Shown piece by piece: positions 54,363 through 64,000 of a DNA stretch of 64,000 nucleotides. The notes beneath the pieces are model-generated. The model saw only the letters and a program-made list of their open reading frames with translations. It had not been told where the DNA came from and did not search any database. The stretch lies in NCBI RefSeq assembly GCF_009914755.1, contig NC_060928.1; one strand, written 5' to 3'. The first letter of the stretch is position 1. The number at the start of each line of letters is the position of its first letter. Source of the stretch: the human T2T-CHM13v2.0 reference genome, Homo sapiens. A program made the translations under genes and the position numbers.

Positions 54363-56765
54363 TCAAATCAACAGAAACAGTGCATCACAGATAGTAAAAT
54401 TAAATAGGGCTTTAGTAAAATTTTATTTCAGTTTGTGTGTGTGTGTGTGAGTGCACGTTTGTGTATGTACTGAGTAAAATGCATTTCTTTCTATAGGGAA
54501 TAATCAAGGGTTTTATAAAACTAAACTATGTAAAAGTCAGAGGCCCCTCCCTACACTCAAGTTGCCCTCTTCTGATCTTAGCTGGTCCCTTTCCAGCCTG
54601 CCATGAAGGGTTGAAAGCTTCATATGTAAAATCTCTGCTCTGGTAACCTGGCAAAAGGAAAGGATACTGTTTTCTCTCAGAAGAATCACAGACCCGGCCT
54701 CCATTGCAGCCCAGGAAAACTGCTGCTGGATTCCATACCTGGATAAAGAAACCATAATAAATAAAGCAGCAGTTTCTACCAACTTTCCCTTAAAATTCCT
54801 ATGAAAAATAATCAAAGTAAAAAAATTAATATCAAAAATTGATTCTGTTAAACAAAGTTACGGCAGAATCCAGGAGAGTTCTCCATTAACTATAAAGCAG
54901 ATGGAGTTAAACAGAGAAAATCATGTCTTAGTTTTTAGCTCTTGTTAAAGAAACTGCCTGAAAGAAGGTAGAACTTCTCTTTGTAATTTGACCCATTTTT
55001 AAAGGAACTTAGTCTTAATCAGAGAACCTGGCAGCCATTTTCATGTTCTTTTTGAATGAGTCTTGACTTTTTTTTAAAGAAAGCCAGAGTAATTAACAAT
55101 ATTGACAGCTAACATTTAATAAACAAGTAATAAGTGCAATGGCCAGCACTTTATAGCAATTAGTATTGTCCTCATTTTGTCAATGAGGAAACTGGGCATA
55201 GGGAATTAGAGTAACTTGGCCAAAATCACATTGCTATTAAACTGACCCTTAGCTTGCATGTCAAATAACTACACTACACTGCTAGTGAATATTACCTTGA
55301 AAACGATCAACTAGAGTACTCAGAGTAAATTTCAGGAAAATATTTAATATTTTCAAAGGATTTCAAGAACTCTGTGAAATATAATCTATTGGCTAAAATG
55401 TGTTTTAATATTTTGAAAACCAAAGGTATTATATAAAATATCTTCAATAAACTAACAATCCTATGGAATCAAAACATTGTAAAGGGAGAATATCCAAGAC
55501 AAAATGTCAATAGAATAAGATGAAAAAGAAAATGAATAAATGGAAGAGGTATTTAAGAAAATCTAAAGGCAAAGGAAATAGAATTAAAGTATAAACCAGT
55601 GGATGTGAAAGCGAGTTTTATTGAAAAACCTAAAATGTAGAACAAATGTCAAGTAGATTTAAACAATAAGATAGTATTTGATAGATCTGAAGAAAAAAAA
55701 AAAAAGCAGAGATACCAGATATTCTTGAAGCACAGATAACATGGGAGCAAAAAAGCTTGAAACAATAGAAGAAATCTTTCCTTGGCTGTTACCAAATCAA
55801 CAAAAAAGGTAGGTCATATTTTAGGGAAAACTAAGGTGTAAAGACCTTTAACAAGATAAATGCTGGCAAACACTTTTAATCATGAGAAATAAGAAAACTA
55901 TTATTGGAGCATATCAGCAGGAAAAACAGTTCTACTGAAAAGCAAAAAGCTTTCATTTACTTATCCTGTGCAACTTTAAATGACAGAGAACACTATGCTA
56001 GCATGCAGACAGTGCTTTGCAAAAAATAAAAAAAATGCGAGCTGAAAATTTTATATCAAACATTTAATTTATGAATGTAAACACGTATATCCTTAGCTAT
56101 CCAAATCTGATTAAAAATATCACATATGGATCATTTTAAAATTACTTTATTTAAAACATTTGTAATTTCCCAAGAAAAATTAGAAGTGCAGGACCACTGA
56201 AGATCCTGTATTATCTCTTTAATAATTATATATATATATAATATACACACATACCTATATAATGTCCATAAAACATATTAAAAATATGAAACATATTTAT
56301 TTTTAAACTTAGCACTTAATAGTATGTACATTTTAGTCAGGATATTATATTTCTATGCAGTTTTAAATCAATATGTTTGATTATATCATGTAAATATTCT
56401 ATATTTCAAAAGAACATGGTAAAAAAATGCCCCAAAATATCAAGAATATTTATCTGTATAGCAACCCTATAGATATATTTTTCCACTTTTTTAGATATTC
56501 TAAATATCCTGTTGGGCATTATTTATGTCATAAAATGAGGAATTAAAGTATATTGATAAATCATTAGAAAGTAAGTTCTCTTTGTTCCACCCGCCTTCCA
56601 AAAGCTGCAATTTAGAGGGCTGACCAATGGTCACAGGCAGCTATTAACATAGTCCAAAGTGTAAAAGATGGAAAGCCTTACTCCCTTGCTTTTAACCTCA
56701 GTTAATAATTAGTCATAAAATAGTCCTGACTTTCCCTGCAATACTCCTTGGAAGAAGGTACAGAG

Positions 56766-56767
<2 letters not shown>

Positions 56768-56806
<39 letters not shown>
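56768..56806. repeat. (TG)n microsatellite
   Basis: Directly visible. Confidence 0.95.
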
Positions 56807-56807
<1 letters not shown>

Positions 56808-57359
56808 ATATCTCAGTGTAATATTATCTCTAGAATATAAACCTTATGAAGCAGGGATTTTTGTTCTGAGATGCATAAACCCAGATGTTTGTATTTTGTT
56901 CATTGATGTCCAAATATTTAGAACAGTGCCTGATATATATTAGATATTAAATAAGTATTTGTTGACTAAATAGAAATAATAAAGGGAAAAATACTTTAAG
57001 AGTAATGGTGTTTAATTTTTTTAGTACAATGCTGTTTCAAATGAAGTGTCTATGTACTATGAAAGTACTCTAAGTACAAATTCAATATATTTATGAATAG
57101 AAAAGAATACCTGTTATCAAATAAAATTTTTTTAGAAAGTTAATTGTGTAAAAAAGATTGAAAACAACAAAAGCTAAATGAAGTTGCTATAATTGACATA
57201 GAGTTGGAGAGGCAGAGGCCTACCTGCCCTGTTCTTTTCTTCCCCATGTGACTCTGTGGAGGATTCTAGAACACACTGAAACAAAGTTTCAAAGTCAGGG
57301 ACACAGCTAAGACTATGACATAATTTTTACTTAATTAATAACAATTAATTGGGTACAGT

Positions 57360-58250
57360 TGTATTAGTCTGTTCTCACACTGCTACGAAGAAATACCCGA
57401 AACTGGGTAATTTATAAAGAAAAGATGTTTAATTGGCTCACGGTTATGCAGGCTGTACAGCAGTGGTCCCCACCTTTCTGACACCAGGGACCGGTTTTGT
57501 GGAAGACAATTTTTCAGGGATTGGGACAGGGATGGTTCCCAGATGATTCAAGCACATTACATTTATTGAGTACTTTATTTCTATTATTATTACATTGCAA
57601 TATATAATGAAATAATTATACAATTCACCATAACATAGAATCAGAGCTTGTTTTCCTCCAACTAGATGGGTCGCATCTGAGGGTGATAGGAGACAGTGAG
57701 AGATCATCAGGCATTAGATTCTCATAAAGAGCGAATAACCTAGATCCTTTGCATGTGCAGTTCACAGTAGGGTTCGTGCTCCTATGAGAATCTAATGCCG
57801 CCGTTGATCTGACAGGAGGCAAACTCAGGTGGTAATGAGAGCAATGGGGAGCAGCTGTAAATACAGATGGTGCTTTGCTTGCTGCTCACCTCCTGATGTG
57901 CGGCCTAGTTCCTAACAGGTCACAGACTGGTACTGGTACCGGGATTTGGGGACTCCTGCTGTATAGGAAGTAAGGCTGGGAGGCCTCAGGGAACTCACAA
58001 GAATGGCAGAAGGCAAAAGGGAAGAAGGCTCGTCTTACATGGCTGGAGCAGGAGGAAGACAGAGCGAAGCGGGAGGTGATACACAGTTTTAAACAACCAG
58101 ATCTTGTGAGAACTCACTCACTGTCACCAGAACAACAAGGGGGAAATCCAACCCCATGATCCAATCACGTCCTAGGAGGCCTCTCCTCCAACACTGGGGA
58201 TTACAATTAGACATGTGATTTGGGCAGGGACGCAAATTCAAATCACATTA
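57360..58250 (-). mobile_element. MSTA/B solo LTR interrupted by MER1A
   Basis: TGTATTAGTCTGTTCTCACACTGCTA...; resumes GGAGGCCTCAGGGAACTCACAA...ACTGGGGATTACAATT. Confidence 0.88.
57461..57958. mobile_element. MER1A (hAT-Charlie) DNA transposon
   Basis: TIRs CAGTGGTCCCCA...TGGGGACTCCTG; 8-bp TSD CTGTACAG/CTGTATAG; length about 500 bp. Confidence 0.9.
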
Positions 58251-58541
58251 ATGGTGGTGCTTGAATTGTTAAAAGAAGGAGTTGAAACCTTCCCCAGGCT
58301 CAAGAGAAAAAAAGTGCAGTGATAGGTTAATGACGTCTTGTAGGCATGGTACTTGGGAGGAGTACACATTTAAAACAAAAACATGGATTTTTAATTTTGG
58401 TATTCAGCATGTTTGAGGTTTTATGTTTAAAAAACTAAACATTTTATAAAGTGAAATATGCATCAAATACTTATAAAAATCCTTTACGCAACCCAACTGA
58501 TACTGCTGTTTCAGAAAACAGGGTTTAAAAACCATAGCACT

Positions 58542-58855
<314 letters not shown>

Positions 58856-59014
58856 CTAAATCTGGTCAAAATGATTCATTTTTGTATAAAGATAGGATTC
58901 CACGTTTTTCCTTAATGTTCAATTAATTCCAATTCCCTCCTCTTAAAACATCTTAGAAGTCATTAGTGACTTGCATTATACTTAACAGTCTTACTATGAT
59001 AGGGATAGAAGTAG

Positions 59015-59321
<307 letters not shown>

Positions 59322-59654
59322 GTTACATGTTCTTTATATCAACTAAAGAGAGTCCATATATACTTTCACCATCAGGGCCTAATTAAAATCCCCAAACACA
59401 GCAAGAAGAAGCATATTATCCCAGCTTCCCCAAAACCTATCATAAGGAGCCTGCTTTCCCTTTGCCTTCTGCCATGATTATAAGTTATCATTAAGGTAGC
59501 TCATGCTGTGTTCTCTTAAAAAGGAAAAAAAAAAAGTCCTAAAAAAGAAAGATTTGAATTTCAGAAAAAGACACAGATCGGACTGTGGAATATAAGGTTC
59601 TAAACAGAATAAACTAATATCTATTTCATTAGATTCAATTGTTAAATAATTTCT

Positions 59655-60073
<419 letters not shown>

Positions 60074-60074
60074 A

Positions 60075-60495
60075 AAGGAATATAAAGCTAGGCAAAGTGA
60101 ACACAACAAAATAAAACATAAACAAATAAGCAAAAGCATGAAAAAGACCTGATGAGTTAGTTCTCCTGGAAATGAATGGAGGGCAAAGAGAACAGCTGTG
60201 TCTGTAAGAGGCAATTGCAAACAATTTCAGTTCTCCCGATGGGGCAAAGCACCCAAATGACACTTAGAATAAGAAATCATTGGGAGATATACCAAATTGT
60301 TGGGAGATGTCAGTTGGGTGCTTTGCCCCATTGGGAGAACTGAAATTGTTTGCAATTGCCTCTTATAGACACAGCTGTTCTCTTTGCCCTCCATTCATTT
60401 CCAGGAGCACTAACTCGTCAGGTCTTTTTCATGCTTTCGCTTATTTGTTTATGTTTTGTTTTGTTGTGTTCACTTTGCCTAGCTTTATATTCCTT
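60075..60495. repeat. 188-bp inverted repeat (arms 60075-60262 and 60308-60495, 45-bp spacer)
   Basis: Manual alignment gives 7 mismatches and no gaps; also visible as near-identical peptides in ORFs 60015-60263 (-) and 60280-60555 (+). Confidence 0.97.
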
Positions 60496-61528
60496 AGGCT
60501 GCCTGGTCCAAAAATCCTCCTACAATTAGGAACTTTAAATGAAAATGTTCCTTAACCCGGGTGAATCTTCAATCCTTATTTCTAATCTAATCTAGGCAAC
60601 AATGAAATCATATAACTGCAACTGCCTGAAGTCATATGATTGCACTTTTTTGACCCTTAAATACATTGTAAAACTTACTCAGGATGCCTAAAAGAATTCT
60701 CCTCTGGCATGTGGCAGGAAGAGTTTTAAAAGGCCTTTGTTAGTTAACCTTTCTCTTGGGCTAAGCTTACAAGCATCCTAGTTTATAGAAAGCAAATTAT
60801 CTCATGTTTAAGGCTTTGGGCCCTTTTTTTGTGGTTGTGCCGGACACATGGCATATAACTGAAGTAAACAAATGGTGAGGAAGTCTTAAGTGATATTCAA
60901 GAAAAAATGATAAAATGCCTGAGATAACAAACTTTTATGTTTGTTAACATGTCAAAATTAGATTTGAATACAATGTAATTTCTGATTTAAAAAAATTCTT
61001 TTAATGTGCGTTTAGTACCTCAGATTGGAGGTCACCTTGATAGCTTTTAAAATGTTATATAATCATCCATTAGCTAGTAATAATTCATAGAAGTTTGAAT
61101 AATTAGTTTTATTGCCAAAGGATATCTGAATAAAGGAAGAAATGCACATATCCTGGGGCCTCGCGTTTGAGCTAGGTGTCACAAATCTATGCTTTTTACA
61201 AATTCCAAAAGTGAGCATTTCAAATGAAAATTATGCACAAAATTTAAGTAGAAACTTCAGACATAGAAAAGGCCAAAGTAGACAAGATCTCTTTACTATT
61301 TCATAAGTAATACTAAATTCTAAATAGCATTTTATAATTCTAAATATTAACAGTTTAACCACAAGTTTGCAAAATTACCCTAAAGATGAAGAGTGCCCCA
61401 TTCAAAAAGGAAATACAATGTAGGATGCTCTCATCATGTAATTTACCTCATTTAGCCTGCAAGCCATTGTGTGCAGTAGGGAGATACATCAAAATTCTAA
61501 TTTCTATATATGTAGTCAATTGAGACAT

Positions 61529-61966
61529 TGTATTAGTCAGGGTTCTCTAGAGGGACAGAATAATGGAATATATAAAAGGGGAGTTTATTAAGTATTAACT
61601 CACACAGTCACAGGGGCCTGCAGTAGGCTGTCTGCAGGCTGAGGAGCAAGGAGAGCCAGTCCAAGTCCCAGAACTGAAGAACTTAGAGTCTGATGTTCGA
61701 GGGCAGGAAGCGTCCAGCACTGGAGAAAGATGTAGGCTGGGAGGCTAGGGCAGTCTCATTTTTCACATTTTTCTGCGTGCTTATATTCTAGCCATAGTGG
61801 CAGCTAAGATTAGATTGTGCCCACTCAGATTAAGGGTGGGTCTGCCTTTCCCAGCACACTGACTCAAATGTTAATCACCTTTGGCAACACCCTCACAGAC
61901 ACATCCAGGATCAATACTTTGTATCATTCAATCCAATCAAGTTGACACTCAGTATTAACTATCACA
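61529..61966 (-). mobile_element. MLT2A1/A2 (HERV-L) solo LTR inserted in a MIR
   Basis: TGTATTAGTCAGGGTTCTCTAGAGGGACAGAA...CAATCAAGTTGACACTCAGTATTAACTATCACA; perfect TSD GACAT. Confidence 0.92.
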
Positions 61967-62829
61967 GACATTAATAACTTGCCCAAGGCTGTGCAGTTGT
62001 CAAGTTACTGAACTATCTTGTCAGACCTGGGCCTATCCAATTCCAGAGTACATTCTACATTTTTATTTTGTGGAAGGTAAAACAAAATGTGAAAATATAT
62101 TAATTTTCAATATGCTTTTACTTGTGATATTGTCAATAATAAACAGGACTGGCTACAGTGCTACATGGAGAAACGGGCTTTGGATGAGAAAATCCATCTT
62201 TGCACCCTTGTTGTCATTTTCTAGCTGTGTACTTTTTCATTGATTTCACAAATATTTATGTAGCACCTACTATGTACCTGACACTTTTCCAAATGGTAAA
62301 GATATATCAAAACAGAACAAAACAGAAAACTTCAATAGGTATGCATTCCAGAAAGATGGGGGTGGGAGATAGGGGTGAATGCTATCCAGGCCAAGAAAAG
62401 AGTAAATGCAGAGACTTTGAGGTTGGATGAAGCCCATTGTTTCAGGGTCTGGAAACAGTATACTAGCTGGTAAAAAATATACTAGGCTGTGGCTGTCACT
62501 GGCAGGAAATATTTAACTTTTTATTTGACATCTCAGTAGATGGCCAGTGGAAAGTCAGAACAACATAGTGGTTAAGAGTTTGGCTTCTGGCATTCAATGG
62601 AAAGATTTGGTATTGATTGATATATTTACTAACTCTGTGTCATTTATGAAATTTTTTAACTTTTCCCTAAGTCTCAGATAATTCTTGTGTAATGTAAGGA
62701 TAATAAAGTGACGGCCTCATAGAGGTGACATGAGTGCAGAAGGGGATTAGCTGTATAAAAGTTCTATTTTTTTCACATGTTCTGGCATGCGGTGAATGTT
62801 TATTGAATAATAAACTTAATGAACTATGT

Positions 62830-63910
62830 GCACACATCAAAAATTATGCAACATTTCTGAGAGAATTCAAGAAGATCCAAGTAAATGGAGAGAGATATAT
62901 GTCTGTGGATTAGAAGAATAAATATTGTTAAAATGTTAATTTTATAAAATTTGATGTAAAGGTTTGACAATCTCAATCCAAATCTCAGCAAGAATTTTTT
63001 TGAATGAAAATCAACAAACTGATTTTAATATTTTAATATGAAAATCCAAAGGACTGGGAATAACCAAAACTGTTTTTTAAAAAGATTAAAGTTGGAGGAT
63101 ATGTTCTACCTAATTACAAGAGTTAGTATAAAGCTATAGTGAATGAGACAGTGTAGTTGTGAGTTAAAATTAGACAAGTGATCAAAGGAAAATAATAAAG
63201 CAACCAGAAATAGATCCACACATATATGGTCAACTGATTTTCACGAGGATGCAAGGCTTCTTTTTACAAAGGATGCTGGAACAATTGAATATCTTTATGC
63301 AAAATTAAATTTGAAGGTTACTTCACATCTTACAGAAAAACTAACTCAAAATCGATGATAGATCCAAAAGTTACAGCTAAAATTAGAAAACTTTTAGAAG
63401 AAAACAGAAGAAAAATCTTTGCAATCTTGGGTTCTGGATAGATTTCTTGGCTAGGACCCCAAAATTATATAATATCCTAAAATAAATTGGTAAATTGGAC
63501 CTCATACATATTAAAATATAATAGAGAAAAGTCTTGCTATGTTGCCCAGACTTCTCTCACACTCGGGGCCTCAAGTGATTCTCCTGTCTTGGCCTCCCAA
63601 AATCTTTTGCTCTTCCAGAGATGCTGTTAAGAAAATGAATAGGCAAATCACAGACTAGGCAAAAAGTATATCAGACTAAAAAATTGGATTCAAAATCTAT
63701 GCAATATTTTTACAATTTAAGACAAGAGACAACTTGATAAACAGATGGTGTAAGATTGACATCAAAAAGGCTGGAGGGACACTTTAGGGTAAGAGAAATG
63801 TTCTATATTATGATTGCAGTGATGGTTTCACCACATCTACATATATCAGCCAAAATTATTAAAATTGTATGTTTAAATTGCTAAGTATTATTATATTATA
63901 TTTTAACTGT
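62830..63910 (+). mobile_element. Old L1M (ME/MC-like) ORF2 and 3' fragments, with an antisense Alu monomer fragment at about 63522-63602
   Basis: AAAGTTGGAGGA...TATAAAGCTATAGT...CCAGAAATAGATCCACACATATATGGTCAACTGATTTT. Confidence 0.7.
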
Positions 63911-64000
63911 TTCAACTGTTAAGCAAAAAGAAAAACAACATTGTCCATGGGTTGTTACTGTTGACACTGAGTGGTGATGGGCATGTGGAAATTCACCATA

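Noticed and set aside
54537-54815. GC-richer unique patch with a 92-aa ORF
   Set aside because: No recognisable protein or RNA family; it could be regulatory, but the sequence alone does not support a call.

Overview
AT-rich, repeat-dense primate non-coding DNA, almost certainly human because it carries an AluYa8-type insertion. I see no cellular protein-coding exon, RNA gene or CRISPR array. The ORFs I can assign are Alu, L1 or HERV-H fragments, and the rest look like chance ORFs. The centrepiece is a 5.9-kb minus-strand HERV-H provirus (27903-33803, TSD TGTGG) with LTR7up-type LTRs. It sits inside an old L1MA element that also hosts a twin-primed (5'-inverted) L1PA, two Alus and an ERVL solo LTR. 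The window also holds a two-LTR MST/MaLR element, many solo LTRs (THE1, MLT1, MER4A1, LTR8, MLT2A), MER1A and MER2 DNA transposons, and about 13 Alus. The most unusual structure is at 59957-60495, where a ~115-bp young L1 3' end is fused to a 188-bp inverted duplication of neighbouring unique DNA, giving a 96%-identical hairpin next to three alternately oriented Alus. Also notable are discordant polyA-signal blocks between the two HERV-H LTRs and a near-pristine AluYa8. Subfamily names come from recalled consensus sequences, not a database search. Nothing here demonstrates a new biological system; the findings are testable hypotheses.
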